A DNA stretch of 56,008 nucleotides from an uncultured Bacilli bacterium. Lineage in GTDB: Bacteria; Bacillota_I; Bacilli_A; RF39; UBA660. Within the stretch, counting starts at the first letter, position 1. Every line of letters begins with the position of its first letter. The notes below the pieces were generated by a model. It searched no databases and was not told where the DNA came from. It was given only the letters and a program-made list of their open reading frames with translations. The DNA is taken from contig CANQHD010000002.1 in NCBI GenBank assembly GCA_947623625.1, forward strand, positions 1-56,008, given 5' to 3'. Positions 20,580 to 30,916 of this stretch are shown here, in pieces. A program made the translations under genes and the position numbers.

Positions 20580-20951
20580 TTACTTAATTTCAACTGTTGC
20601 GCCAGCTTCTTCAAGTTGAGCTTTAATTTGATTTGCTTCTTCCATAGAAATATTTTCTTTAATTGGAGTTCCAGCATTATCTACTAAGTCCTTAGATTCT
20701 TTTAATCCTAAACCAGTAATTTCACGAACAACTTTGATAACAGCAACCTTAGCAGCTCCAGCATCTGTAATAGAAATTGAAACTGTCTTTGGTGTATCAT
20801 CTTCAGCTGCACCTTGAACTGGAGCTGCAACTGCTACAGCACTTGGATCCACTCCAAACTCTTCCTTCATTGCATCTACTAATTCTTTAATTTCTAAAAG
20901 ATTCATTTCTTTTAAAGAACTGATAAAATCATCTTTATTTAATTTAGCCAT
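20580..20951 (-). CDS. rplL: ribosomal protein L7/L12
   Basis: Typical sequence ending ...[10 protein letters not shown]. Confidence 0.97.
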   Translation of the reverse strand: MAKLNKDDFISSLKEMNLLEIKELVDAMKEEFGVDPSAVAVAAPVQGAAEDDTPKTVSISITDAGAAKVAVIKVVREITGLGLKESKDLVDNAGTPIKENISMEEANQIKAQLEEAGATVEIK

Positions 20952-20988
20952 TTTTTATTCCTCCTCTATCTTATTTTTAGCTAAATGA

Positions 20989-21486
20989 TTACTCATTTTC
21001 ATTTTTTTGCTCAGCATATAAATCTAAACAAATAGATAAATCGCGTACAAGTCCAATCATACCACCTGCTAACATTGTTAGTAAGCCATCTCTTGATGGA
21101 ATTGTTGCATATTCTTTTAATTTTGCTTCATCTGCAATCTCTTTATCTACAATTCCAACTTTTAATGTAAGAGCTGGATGATCTTTTGCAAAATTAGAAA
21201 GTACTTTAATTGGAGCAATTTGATCTTTACTATAAGCAAAGGCACTTGGTCCTGTTAAAGCATCTCCCATATCTATCTGCAAATCATTAAATGCACGAGC
21301 CATTAAAGTATTTTTATAAACTTTGTAGTCAGCATCCACATCTTTTAATGCATGTCTTAATTCTTTGGCTTCACTATCTGTTATTCCACGATAATCAAAT
21401 AAAACGACGCTATTGCTTTCTTCAACTCGTGTTTTAATCTCATCAATTACGCTTTGCTTTTCTGCTAAAATTTTTGCACTTGCCAC
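20989..21486 (-). CDS. rplJ: ribosomal protein L10
   Basis: Start set at GTG (21484-21486), 6 nt after AAAGGAGGTG, giving MASAKILAEKQ. Confidence 0.93.
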   Translation of the reverse strand: MASAKILAEKQSVIDEIKTRVEESNSVVLFDYRGITDSEAKELRHALKDVDADYKVYKNTLMARAFNDLQIDMGDALTGPSAFAYSKDQIAPIKVLSNFAKDHPALTLKVGIVDKEIADEAKLKEYATIPSRDGLLTMLAGGMIGLVRDLSICLDLYAEQKNENE

Positions 21487-21652
21487 AAAAACACCTCCTT
21501 TATTTGAATGAATATGAGACTTAAAAAAGTTCTTAGAAATCACCAAGAACTTTTTTAACAAAGTTTGCTAAAACGAAAGTCCTCGGTAGGATTTACTTTT
21601 TTACCTACTGTCTATGGCACTCAAATCATTTGTTATTATATGCACTTTTTTC
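21487..21652 (-). ncRNA. L10 (rplJL) leader with attenuator hairpin
   Basis: The minus strand contains ACAGTAGG...CCTACCGAGG, typical of Firmicute L10 leaders. A hairpin follows, AAAAAAGTTCTT-loop-AAGAACTTTTTT. The position upstream of rplJ fits. Confidence 0.55.
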
Positions 21653-22351
21653 TTATTTGTCAAATGCATTTATTTGAATTTTAATACCAGGTCCCATTGT
21701 AGATGAGATTGAAATGTTTTTCACATAATCACCTTTTACTGTTGAAGGTTTAATTTTTAATATTTGTGCAACAAAGGCATTTAAGTTCTCAATTAAATCT
21801 TCTTCAGAAAAACTAGATTTTCCAATGATTCCATGAATATTTCCAAAACTATCTGTACGATATTCAACACGTCCTGCTTTTGCATCAGAAACTGCTTTTG
21901 CTACATCCATTGTAACCGTTCCAGTTTTTGGGTTTGGCATTAAGCCTTTAGGTCCAAGTACTCGTCCTAAACGTCCAAGAAGAGGCATCATCTCAGGTGT
22001 TGCAATCATCGTATCAAAATCAAACCAATTTTCTTTTTCGATTTTTTCTAATAAATCAGTATCTCCAACGAAATCTGCTCCTGCTTCTTTCGCTAATTTT
22101 GCTTGATCGCCTTTCGCAATGACTAACACTTTTACTTCTTTTCCTGTTCCTTTTGGAAGTACAATGGCTCCTCTTAATTGTTGATCTGCTTTTTTTGTAT
22201 CTAAATTAAGACGCATTGCAACTTCAATAGAAGAATCGAAAGAAGTGATGGATGTTTCTTTGACAAGTTTAACGGCTTCTTCTTTAGTATAAACTTTATT
22301 TTTTTCTACTTTAGAAAAAGCTTCTTGATATTTTTTACTTCTCTTTTTCAT
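21653..22351 (-). CDS. rplA: ribosomal protein L1
   Basis: Typical L1 sequence, 232 aa. Confidence 0.97.
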   Translation of the reverse strand: MKKRSKKYQEAFSKVEKNKVYTKEEAVKLVKETSITSFDSSIEVAMRLNLDTKKADQQLRGAIVLPKGTGKEVKVLVIAKGDQAKLAKEAGADFVGDTDLLEKIEKENWFDFDTMIATPEMMPLLGRLGRVLGPKGLMPNPKTGTVTMDVAKAVSDAKAGRVEYRTDSFGNIHGIIGKSSFSEEDLIENLNAFVAQILKIKPSTVKGDYVKNISISSTMGPGIKIQINAFDK

Positions 22352-22444
22352 TTTCTTTCCTCCTTATGTGGTTTTTATCAAGTCTTTTCGTGTTGTTGTG
22401 CGGACTTATTTCATTTTCCTCCCACATAGGTTACCCTATATGTA

Positions 22445-22969
22445 TTATTCTTCTTTTTGAGCTTCTTCTTTCAAAGCTTCTTTCGCTTCACGGGCTTCTT
22501 CTTGTGCTGCTTCCTCTGCTTCTTCTTCAAGTTCTTGATCGTTAACTCCTTCAACAGCAATACCCATGTTTCGTGCAGTTCCTTCAACAATTTTCATTGC
22601 TTCTTCAATCGTATAGCAATTTAAATCTGGAAGTTTAATTTCTGCAATTTCACGAACTTGATCTTGTTTAAGTGTTGCAACAATTTCATGTGCTCCCTTA
22701 ACAGATCCTTTCTTTAATTTTGCATACTTTTTTAATAAAAAGCTTACTGGTGGAGTTTTTATTACAAAATCAAAACTTCTATCATCATAAATTGAAATTT
22801 CAACTGGTAAAACATCACCCATTTTATCTCGAGTTGCATCATTATATTTAGTACAAAACTCTTGTAAATTAATTCCTGCAGGTCCAAGTACAGTTCCAAC
22901 TGGTGGTGCTGGTGTTGCTTTTCCAGCTTCAATTTGTAATTTTATTTTTTTTACAACTTCTTTTGCCAC
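22445..22969 (-). CDS. rplK: ribosomal protein L11 with a ~33-aa Glu/Ala/Lys-rich C-terminal tail
   Basis: Start at the second GTG ([25 protein letters not shown]). The conserved body ends around ...[10 protein letters not shown], followed by [33 protein letters not shown]. Confidence 0.93.
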   Translation of the reverse strand: MAKEVVKKIKLQIEAGKATPAPPVGTVLGPAGINLQEFCTKYNDATRDKMGDVLPVEISIYDDRSFDFVIKTPPVSFLLKKYAKLKKGSVKGAHEIVATLKQDQVREIAEIKLPDLNCYTIEEAMKIVEGTARNMGIAVEGVNDQELEEEAEEAAQEEAREAKEALKEEAQKEE

Positions 22970-23112
22970 GAAAAACACATCCTTTCTTTAATTCTTCGTG
23001 AGTGGTACAAACAGCTTTTTGTCCGCAAAATAAGCGAATGCTTCCCACTTAATCTATATTTAATCAATATAGCCACTCAATAATAACATAATTTTTTTCT
23101 TCTTGCAACACT

Positions 23113-23646
23113 TTATGCTTTTTCAATTTGACTTAACTCGACTTCTACACTGGTCTCTTGTCCAAATAAATCAACGAGAAGCATAATCTTTTGATTTGGA
23201 AGATCAATACTATCAACTGTTCCAAACATTCCTTGAAAAGGTCCTGCGATGATTTTGACCTTGGCACCTTCTTTTAAATCTTCATCAAGGTCAATTCGAC
23301 TAATTCCCATATTTCCAAGTACTTTATCTACTTCATAAGGTTGCAAAGGCGTTGGCTTCGCACCTTTTCCACTAGATCCAATAAATCCTGTAACACCTGG
23401 AGTATTTCTTACAACATACCAAGCTTCATCTGTCATAATCATCTCAACCAAAATGTATCCAGGAAACATTTTCTTTAACTTTTTCTTCGTTACTCCATCT
23501 TTAACTTCTACTTCTTCTTGTTCTGGAACAACAACTCGAAAAATATAGTCTTGCATTCCCATTGATTCTGCACGCATTTGCAATTTTTCTTTGACTTTAT
23601 TTTCATGACCTGAATAAGTATTAACTACATACCACTGTTTATCCAT
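23113..23646 (-). CDS. nusG: transcription antiterminator NusG
   Basis: WYVV.TYSGHENKV and a KOW domain. Confidence 0.95.
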   Translation of the reverse strand: MDKQWYVVNTYSGHENKVKEKLQMRAESMGMQDYIFRVVVPEQEEVEVKDGVTKKKLKKMFPGYILVEMIMTDEAWYVVRNTPGVTGFIGSSGKGAKPTPLQPYEVDKVLGNMGISRIDLDEDLKEGAKVKIIAGPFQGMFGTVDSIDLPNQKIMLLVDLFGQETSVEVELSQIEKA

Positions 23647-23657
23647 ATGATTTCCTC

Positions 23658-23966
23658 CTATTTAATAAGTGAGTGAATAAGGGCAAAAATGAGATCTAAA
23701 ATATAAAAGAATAGCGCAAAGAATAATATAAACACAACAGTTGCAATCGAATATTTAATCATCTCTTTTTTAGTAGGCCAATGAATTCTTTTTGCCTCCG
23801 TTTTTACACCATGAGCAAAACCATAAGTTTTCTCTTTAAAACTTTTTTTCGTATTCGATGGTTTTAAAGAACTTTTACTCGTATCCTTAGACTTTTCTTT
23901 TTCTTTTTTAGGTTGTTCTTTTGTTTCTAACTCTTTAAAATTCTCATTTTTTTCTACTTGGGCCAT
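23658..23966 (-). CDS. secE: preprotein translocase SecE with a Lys/Ser/Glu-rich N-terminal extension
   Basis: The C-terminal 55 aa are SecE-like (EAKRIHWPTKKE + TM). It sits directly upstream of nusG. Confidence 0.85.
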   Translation of the reverse strand: MAQVEKNENFKELETKEQPKKEKEKSKDTSKSSLKPSNTKKSFKEKTYGFAHGVKTEAKRIHWPTKKEMIKYSIATVVFILFFALFFYILDLIFALIHSLIK

Positions 23967-24089
23967 TTTTCATCTTCCTTTTTCAAAATAAAAACACATC
24001 TCGCTTGTGTCGAAATTAACATATCAAAATTCTATCAATTTGTCAAATAAAACTTTTGAAATCTTTAAAAGACGAGAAAATTTTCCCAT

Positions 24090-24112
24090 ACAAAAAGCAC
24101 TTTTACGTGCTT
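24090..24112 (-). terminator. terminator after the 24111-25454 gene
   Basis: On the minus strand, AAGCAC-GTAAAA-GTGCTT followed by TTTG. The hairpin overlaps the stop codon. Confidence 0.5.
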
Positions 24113-25454
24113 ATATTGAGAATTGATATGGACTCTCTTCTGTTCCATCTCCTGTTACTTTTACATTGCTTTTCAAATAAAAACTTGGATAAACTTCTCT
24201 TTCTTCAAGAAGAGAACTTAAAAAATCTAAGTTTTTGTTAAAAGTGATTGAAACAGCTGTATATTCATTATTTGCTTTAGTATTATAGGATAGAAGAAAA
24301 CTACTTCCTTGGATCATTTCTTCTAACCATCCATTATTACATAATTTATTTTCCTTAAAACAGTTTTGATTAAAATTAAGCGCATAACTATATAGATAAT
24401 CACTTGGATATAATAAAGAAATATTATATAGATACGTTGAATTTCCTTCTTTTATTCTTTCTTGCTGATACAAATTACTAACAGTTCCATCTTTCAAATC
24501 AGCTACATTCCACTCCACTTTAGCAATTAAATTTTTAGAATTTTCATCTAAATTTTTATAAAACTCATCCTCTAAAAGTGCTTTTATCAATGATTCATCA
24601 TATGAATTTTTATCCTCTTCTTGATAACGTGATGTTTTTAGTGGACTCTCTTTTACTAATTTAATTCTTTTTTGAGAAGTACCATATTCATCTTTAGTTT
24701 CAAAAATTCCAACAATTCTATATTGTTCATTTTGAAAGAGAACATGATTATTGGGATGATTTCCTATATAACGATAATCTACTATTTCTTCTTTTTCGTC
24801 TTCCTGGTTTTGTAAAGACATTTTGAGTGAATATAATTCTTTTTCAGTGTTTTCTTCATACTGACTTATTTTATTGGCTTTATCTAGTAATTCTTTAATA
24901 GCAGGACCATCTATTGGTTGATAAGATTCTATTACATAGGCGTCTTCCCTAAAGTTAAGTGGTTTGTTTTCTAATCCTACATCACTTCCAAAAGAAATTT
25001 CAACAGGTTCTGTTCCTTGATTATATATACGAATTTTAAAGTCTTTTTGACTATCTTTTTCTATAACAAATCCTTCTTTTAAAGGAACTTCTGAATTTTC
25101 TAAATAACCAACTGCGACATCTTTTAAGGTAGATGCTTGATAATACAAATTAAATTTTGCAGGACGATTATTGATATTTTCTATTTTCAATTCAACTGTT
25201 TTTTCTTCATTCGGCTGGATTAAAAAAGTTTTTTTTGAATTTGGAGTAATTCTACTACTTGCATACATTGCAATTTTATTTGAATTGTCCGACAACTTAG
25301 AATAAAGGGAGCCCGTTACAATTTGAATGGCTTTCTTTTCTTCTGATCGAACAGTAAAAAGAGCATAACTATAATAAGTCCCAAGAAGCAGAAGTGTTAC
25401 AATTCCAAGTAACATGATATAACTTCTTTGAATATTTACTTTTAATATCTTCAT
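24111..25454 (-). CDS. secreted or anchored protein with a SipW-type (TasA/camelysin-like) signal peptide
   Basis: Start at ATG 25452-25454 after GAGGTGG. The N-terminus MKILKVNIQRSYIMLLGIVTLLLLGTYYSYALFTVRSEE...IVTGSL resembles the ...GTYAYFTD...aG.l signal class. The C-terminus is ...YLKSNVKVTGDGTEESPYQF. Confidence 0.55.
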   Translation of the reverse strand: MKILKVNIQRSYIMLLGIVTLLLLGTYYSYALFTVRSEEKKAIQIVTGSLYSKLSDNSNKIAMYASSRITPNSKKTFLIQPNEEKTVELKIENINNRPAKFNLYYQASTLKDVAVGYLENSEVPLKEGFVIEKDSQKDFKIRIYNQGTEPVEISFGSDVGLENKPLNFREDAYVIESYQPIDGPAIKELLDKANKISQYEENTEKELYSLKMSLQNQEDEKEEIVDYRYIGNHPNNHVLFQNEQYRIVGIFETKDEYGTSQKRIKLVKESPLKTSRYQEEDKNSYDESLIKALLEDEFYKNLDENSKNLIAKVEWNVADLKDGTVSNLYQQERIKEGNSTYLYNISLLYPSDYLYSYALNFNQNCFKENKLCNNGWLEEMIQGSSFLLSYNTKANNEYTAVSITFNKNLDFLSSLLEEREVYPSFYLKSNVKVTGDGTEESPYQFSI

Positions 25455-25503
25455 ACTATATGTTTCCACCTCACATTATGCTTATATAGCATATTTTAAT
25501 TTC

Positions 25504-25532
25504 ATTATACGAATAAATCTTCTTTTTTTCAA
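25504..25532 (-). promoter_or_regulatory. promoter of the SipW-signal protein gene
   Basis: On the minus strand: TTGAAA, 17 nt, TATAAT. The palindrome TATGCT-TATAT-AGCATA lies just downstream. Confidence 0.5.
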
Positions 25533-25575
25533 CCAGTTTTCTTATTTTCATCCAAGAAAAAAAAGAATTGACATT

Positions 25576-26238
25576 CTATTCAATTCTCCAATCGATAGGT
25601 TTTTTTCCATCTTTTTCTAAATATGCATTGGCTTTTGAAAATGGATGACTTCCAAAAAAACCATGATAGGCAGAAAAAGGAGATGGATGCGCAGATTCAA
25701 TAATATGATGAGATGGATTTGTAATAATACTTTTTTTGGCTTTTGCATAGCTTCCCCATAAAATAAAGACAATGGGCTCTTTTCTTTGATTTAAAATACG
25801 AATAACTGCATCCGTAAAAGTTTCCCAGCCCTTATCACGATGGGAGGCTGCTCTATCTTTTTGAACCGTCAATACACTATTGAGTAACATAACTCCTTGT
25901 TTCGTCCATGGAATTAAACTATTATGTTTGGGAAAAGGAATTCCTAAATCTTCTTCTAATTCTTTAAAAATATTTTGAAGAGAAGGTGGCTTTAAGACAG
26001 TATCTCGTACTGAAAATGAAAGTCCTTGAGCTTGCCCTTCTCCATGATAAGGATCTTGTCCTAAAATAACAACTTTGACATCTTCATAAGGCGTATAACG
26101 AAAAGCATTAAATATTTCATTTTTAGGTGGATAAATTGTATTTATTTTATACTCTTCATTTACAAAAGAAAGAAGTTTTACAAAATATTCCTTCAAATAT
26201 TCATCTTTTAAATATTCATCCCAACTATTTCCAATCAT
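25576..26238 (-). CDS. ung: uracil-DNA glycosylase
   Basis: VVILGQDPYHG and HPSPFSA motifs. Confidence 0.95.
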   Translation of the reverse strand: MIGNSWDEYLKDEYLKEYFVKLLSFVNEEYKINTIYPPKNEIFNAFRYTPYEDVKVVILGQDPYHGEGQAQGLSFSVRDTVLKPPSLQNIFKELEEDLGIPFPKHNSLIPWTKQGVMLLNSVLTVQKDRAASHRDKGWETFTDAVIRILNQRKEPIVFILWGSYAKAKKSIITNPSHHIIESAHPSPFSAYHGFFGSHPFSKANAYLEKDGKKPIDWRIE

Positions 26239-26427
26239 CTAAAACACTTCCAATTCTTTTTTATATTTATTATCAAATATCAAATTCATCTTTTTGGAAT
26301 ATCCAATAAAATTTGATGGATAAATGCACTTTTTTGAATATAATCCCAAGATAAGATGTAAAATAGTGACTACACAAACAATTCTTATCTTACATAACAT
26401 TTTTACCACTATACAAGTCTTTTTTCG

Positions 26428-26877
26428 TTACTTATGATAAGTTTCATGGTTTCGAATTTTATAACTTCTATAAATTTGTTCTAATAAAAGAACTCGAAAC
26501 AATTGATGTGGAAATGTAAGTTTTGAAAAAGAAAGAGCTTGATTGCTTCTTGATTTCACTTTTTCTGAAAGACCATCACTACCACCGATTACAAAAACAA
26601 GTGATCCTAGTGCTTCTTTTTTCTCCAAGTTTTGAGAAAAGGAAACAGAGTTGAGTTCTGTTCCTAAAATCTCTAGTGTAATAACATAATCTTTTTCTTT
26701 GATATGACTTAAAATTTTTTCGCCTTCATATTCTTTGTTTTTTTCTACTTCGTTAAAAGAGGCATCCGCTATTTCAATGATTTCTAATTTTGTATAACGC
26801 GAAATTCTTTTTTGATATTCTGCTACTGCCTCTTGTAAATATTTTTCTTTTAGTTTTCCAACACAAATTAATTTCAT
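26428..26877 (-). CDS. rlmH: 23S rRNA (pseudouridine1915-N3)-methyltransferase
   Basis: SPOUT RlmH pattern (MKL..VGK.K......EY.KR; C-terminal LT..H.L.R..L.EQ.YR). Confidence 0.9.
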   Translation of the reverse strand: MKLICVGKLKEKYLQEAVAEYQKRISRYTKLEIIEIADASFNEVEKNKEYEGEKILSHIKEKDYVITLEILGTELNSVSFSQNLEKKEALGSLVFVIGGSDGLSEKVKSRSNQALSFSKLTFPHQLFRVLLLEQIYRSYKIRNHETYHK

Positions 26878-27639
26878 TTAAACCTCGATTAAAATAGATT
26901 CTACATTTTGTTTTGCAACTGTGATATGTGGACGATATCTTGTCTTTTCAACTTCAGATAAGACCGTTTTCACAGCAAGTTCTTCATCATTGTTATGTTC
27001 ACTTAAGTGAGCCAGTATAATTTCCTTGGTATTGTCCCCTATTAAAAATTTTAAATAGCTCGCTGCAAGTCGATTCGATAAATGTCCCTTATCTCCTAAG
27101 ACTCTTTGCTTTAAGTAATAAGGATATGAGCCATTCATTAACATTTCCTCATCATGATTTGTTTCGAAAAAATAAACTGTTTTATTGGTTAATTGGTTTA
27201 AATATTTTCTTGGAATATAACCTGTATCTGTTACATAGACAAGACTATTTTCATCTTCTTCTATTAAAAATCCACAAGAAAATAGAGCATCATGACTTGT
27301 TGGAAAAGATTGAATTGTCATGGTTCCAAGTGTTACTTGAGGTGTTATAAACTCTACTTTTTCTCTTGGAAGAATATTTTTTACTTCTTTATAAATTCCT
27401 TCTTGAATATAAATTTTCAATGGGGCATGTTTAGCTAAAACTTCAAGACCTGCAATATGATCTTTATGGGTATGTGTAATAAATAAAGCATCGATATCAT
27501 CAATGGTTAAGGAAAGGTTCTTTAATGAAGATAAAATTCGATGATAACTAATTCCTGCATCAATTAATATTTTCTTATCATTTCCTTCAATATAAGAACA
27601 ATTTCCTTTAGAACCAGATGAAAATGAACGAATTTTCAT
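26878..27639 (-). CDS. MBL-fold metallo-hydrolase, YycJ/WalJ-like
   Basis: ITHTHKDHIAG motif, adjacent to rlmH as in Bacilli. Confidence 0.8.
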   Translation of the reverse strand: MKIRSFSSGSKGNCSYIEGNDKKILIDAGISYHRILSSLKNLSLTIDDIDALFITHTHKDHIAGLEVLAKHAPLKIYIQEGIYKEVKNILPREKVEFITPQVTLGTMTIQSFPTSHDALFSCGFLIEEDENSLVYVTDTGYIPRKYLNQLTNKTVYFFETNHDEEMLMNGSYPYYLKQRVLGDKGHLSNRLAASYLKFLIGDNTKEIILAHLSEHNNDEELAVKTVLSEVEKTRYRPHITVAKQNVESILIEV

Positions 27640-27640
27640 T

Positions 27641-29113
27641 TTAATAAAGTGAAAGTGGATTTAACACCGTACCACCGTGGTATGGAGCACCTTTCCATAG
27701 TCCGAAGTGCAAATGAACTCCTGTTACATACCCAGTTGATCCCATACCACCTATTACTTGTCCTTGTGAGACAATTTGTCCGACTTTTACATAAAAAGTA
27801 TCTAAGTGACCATAAATTGTGTAATAGCCATTATTATGATTAATAACAATATAGTTTCCATCTGGCCAACGATATCTTGCTTCTGTTACAACACCATTGT
27901 TTGCAGCATAAATTGGTGATCCACGTCCTGTTCCTGCGATATCAATCGCATCATGATAAGTTCCCCAACGATAACCAAGTCCTGATGTAATCGTATACGG
28001 TGTTTTAGTAGGCCATGCCCAATAACCTGATACCGCATATGCATTTGCTCGTCCACCTTGAACAATAATTTCATTAACTGCTGGCGTGATTGTTTCTGTT
28101 AATGATCGTTCTGTAAGGAATGATGTAATTTCACCATTGACTTTTTTGACTTTACTCGTCGTTCTTGCAAGTCCATTTTGTCCTTGTTGAATAACATTCG
28201 TTGTACCAATTAACAAATTATTATCATAGCGTACTTCTCTTGTATATTTTACTTCTTTAAGCTCAACAACATGATCGACTTCTACAATATCAAATTGTGG
28301 TTGTAATATTCCAAGAGTCACTTCTTGTCCTGGAAATAAAAGACTATTTTCATCTTGAAATTGTGGATTGGCAACAAGAAACTCTTCATTTGAGATTTTA
28401 TTATTATAGGCTATATCACTAATCGTATCTCCTACTTGGACAGTATATTTTTTCTGTTCCTCAAGTGTTCCAAACATTAGAAATTTTGATAAATCTTCAA
28501 CTGTTTGATAAATCATTTCATTTGCTGGAATATTTTCTTTGCGAATTGTAATTTTATTTTCAATATAAACATCTTCTATTTTACTGCCCTCATCTTTAAT
28601 TTCTTCTTGAGTATTGTTTAAATAATCTTCATATTTTTCTTTTTCTACAAAGGATTCGATGGTATTTTGAACAGCTTTTTCAAAGATTTCTTTATCAAGC
28701 ACATAGATTGTTTTATCTTTTGTTATAATGTCATTTCCAGCTTCATCTTTCTCTTCTAATCCTTTAATTGTAATGCTATAACCATTTACTGTAAAAGGTG
28801 TGATGTTCTCAATTTTATGATAAATTTCTTGAGTTGATTGAATGCGTTCATTATAAGTAATTTCTTTTTCAATATCTAAATCAGTTGGAGCATAAACTTT
28901 TTGAACATTATACTTCTCTTTTAAAGATTGTTGTTCTTTATCTATATAGTTTTCCAAATCATTTTTAGATTGAATAAGTCCTAAAGATTTTCCTTCTAAA
29001 TATACTCTATAAACCTGTAATGGTTCTTGCACCTTTGCTTCATATCCTAAACAAAGGCATCCGACTGAAAGCATTGTAGATAAAGCTATTTGTATCATTG
29101 TTTTTGTATTCAC
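27641..29113 (-). CDS. M23 family metallopeptidase with LysM and G5-like domains
   Basis: N-terminal anchor; LysM (YTVQVGDTISDIA); a G5-like segment; and the M23 motifs HDAIDI and GYVTGVHLHFG. Confidence 0.85.
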   Translation of the reverse strand: MNTKTMIQIALSTMLSVGCLCLGYEAKVQEPLQVYRVYLEGKSLGLIQSKNDLENYIDKEQQSLKEKYNVQKVYAPTDLDIEKEITYNERIQSTQEIYHKIENITPFTVNGYSITIKGLEEKDEAGNDIITKDKTIYVLDKEIFEKAVQNTIESFVEKEKYEDYLNNTQEEIKDEGSKIEDVYIENKITIRKENIPANEMIYQTVEDLSKFLMFGTLEEQKKYTVQVGDTISDIAYNNKISNEEFLVANPQFQDENSLLFPGQEVTLGILQPQFDIVEVDHVVELKEVKYTREVRYDNNLLIGTTNVIQQGQNGLARTTSKVKKVNGEITSFLTERSLTETITPAVNEIIVQGGRANAYAVSGYWAWPTKTPYTITSGLGYRWGTYHDAIDIAGTGRGSPIYAANNGVVTEARYRWPDGNYIVINHNNGYYTIYGHLDTFYVKVGQIVSQGQVIGGMGSTGYVTGVHLHFGLWKGAPYHGGTVLNPLSLY

Positions 29114-29114
29114 T

Positions 29115-30461
29115 TTATTCCTCCTCTTTATCTTTTGTTAAATTTAAAAAGGTACTCGTATCTTTCTTAAAAAGTAATTCAATTGTTGCATTCGATCCAT
29201 TTCTGTGTTTTCCAATAATTAATTCACTAATACTTGTATTATCAGAGAGTCGTGCCTCTTTATTATAGTAATCATCTCGATAGAGAAATCCAACAATATC
29301 AGCATCTTGTTCAATGGAGCCTGATTCACGTAAGTCACTCATCATCGGTCTTTTATCTTCTCTTCCTTCAACAGCACGAGATAGCTGTGCAAGTGCAACA
29401 ATTGGAATATTCAGTTCCATTGCAAGTGTTTTCAAACTTCTTGAGATGTCTGCGACTTCTTGTTGTCTATTGCTTCCATAATTACGACCACCAGAGATCA
29501 GCTGTAAATAATCAATCACAACAAATCCTAGTCCTTTATCACTTGCTGATAATCTTCGACATTTTGCTCTTATTTCTCCAATACTAATTCCTGGAGTATC
29601 GTCAATATATAAAGAAGCATTTTCAAGTTGACCTATTGCTTCACTAATTCTTTTCCAATCTTGATTAAGAAGTGTCCCCGTTCTTAGTTTATAGCCTTCA
29701 ATTTGTCCAAGAGAGGATAAGATTCGGTTTGCAATTTGCTCAGCCCCCATCTCAAGCGTAAATATAGCAACCGTTTTATCTGTATTCATCGCAATATTGG
29801 TCGCAAGATTGAGCGCAAATGCCGTTTTTCCCATCGCAGGACGGGCTGCAATAATAATGAGTTCATTTTCATGAAGTCCTGATGTTAATTTATCTAAATC
29901 ATACCATCCTGTTGGAAGACCTGTAATCTCTCCTTTGGATGCGGCAAGACGCTCTAAATTACTTTGAGTTTTAACAAGAACTTCTTGGATAGAACGAAAT
30001 TCACTGGTTTTTCTATTTTTCGATAAGGAGAGTATTTTTCTTTCGGCTTCATCCAGCGTTTCGTTAATATTTTCATCAATATTATAACCCGAAGTTGCAA
30101 TATTAGTAGCGGTATCAATTAGCTTTCTTAAAAGTGCCTTATCTTCAACTTCTTTCACGTAGTAAAGTACATTCGCACTCGTCGGAACAAAATTGACAAC
30201 TTCTGTTAAATAAGGAACCCCTCCTGCTTCCTGTAAAAGACTCTTCTTTTGTAATTCACTTGTTACAGTAGTCAAATCTACAGGAATTTTTTGCTCCACT
30301 AAACTGGATAAGGCACTAAATATTTTCGCATTTTTGTCATCGAAAAAAGAATCTTCATTCAAATTTTCCACAGCTGTTGTAAGTGCTTCCTTTGATAAAA
30401 AACACGCTCCAAGCACACTTTCTTCTGCTTCTAAATTGTGGGGTAATTCTCGTAATGCCAT
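29115..30461 (-). CDS. dnaB: replicative DNA helicase
   Basis: LPHNLEAEESVLG and Walker A ARPAMGKT. Confidence 0.96.
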   Translation of the reverse strand: MALRELPHNLEAEESVLGACFLSKEALTTAVENLNEDSFFDDKNAKIFSALSSLVEQKIPVDLTTVTSELQKKSLLQEAGGVPYLTEVVNFVPTSANVLYYVKEVEDKALLRKLIDTATNIATSGYNIDENINETLDEAERKILSLSKNRKTSEFRSIQEVLVKTQSNLERLAASKGEITGLPTGWYDLDKLTSGLHENELIIIAARPAMGKTAFALNLATNIAMNTDKTVAIFTLEMGAEQIANRILSSLGQIEGYKLRTGTLLNQDWKRISEAIGQLENASLYIDDTPGISIGEIRAKCRRLSASDKGLGFVVIDYLQLISGGRNYGSNRQQEVADISRSLKTLAMELNIPIVALAQLSRAVEGREDKRPMMSDLRESGSIEQDADIVGFLYRDDYYNKEARLSDNTSISELIIGKHRNGSNATIELLFKKDTSTFLNLTKDKEEE

Positions 30462-30473
30462 TCAATCCTCCTA

Positions 30474-30914
30474 CTACTTTATTAAATGTGCTTTTACCTT
30501 TGCTTTTACATCTTGAAAAAGAACTATCTCTATATCATGAAATCCTAAACTAGATAATGAAGAGATGGGCACAATTTGATTTTTTTCAATATGATATCCT
30601 TTTTTTGCTAAAGCTTCTTTTATTTGTTTTACGCTAACACTTCCGAAAACTTTATCACCTTGTCCTGTTTTAACTTGAAACTCTAATACTTCTTTTTCTA
30701 GGCTTTCTTTTAATTTTAATGAATCACTTCTTTTCATTTGTTCTTCTTTTTCTTTTCTTTGTTGCTCACTTTTTAATGCTGCCCTATTTTTATCATTCGC
30801 AACAACAGCATAGCCTTTTTTTATCAAAAAATTTTCTGCATAACCATCTTTAACTGTTTTTATTTCTCCTTTTTTTCCTTGCCCTTTTACATCTTTGATA
30901 AAAATAACTTGCAT
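30474..30914 (-). CDS. rplI: ribosomal protein L9
   Basis: [19 protein letters not shown]. Confidence 0.95.
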   Translation of the reverse strand: MQVIFIKDVKGQGKKGEIKTVKDGYAENFLIKKGYAVVANDKNRAALKSEQQRKEKEEQMKRSDSLKLKESLEKEVLEFQVKTGQGDKVFGSVSVKQIKEALAKKGYHIEKNQIVPISSLSSLGFHDIEIVLFQDVKAKVKAHLIK

Positions 30915-30916
30915 AT

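Noticed and set aside
22352-22444. Possible L1-binding regulatory structure in the rplK-rplA spacer, and an L11-operon leader at 22970-23112
   Set aside because: I can see small hairpins, but I cannot match them confidently to a known L1-binding motif without a covariance-model search.
23967-24110. Expected rpmG (L33) upstream of secE
   Set aside because: The 144-bp spacer holds only a terminator and promoter-like sequence. No L33-like ORF is present, so the gene must be elsewhere.
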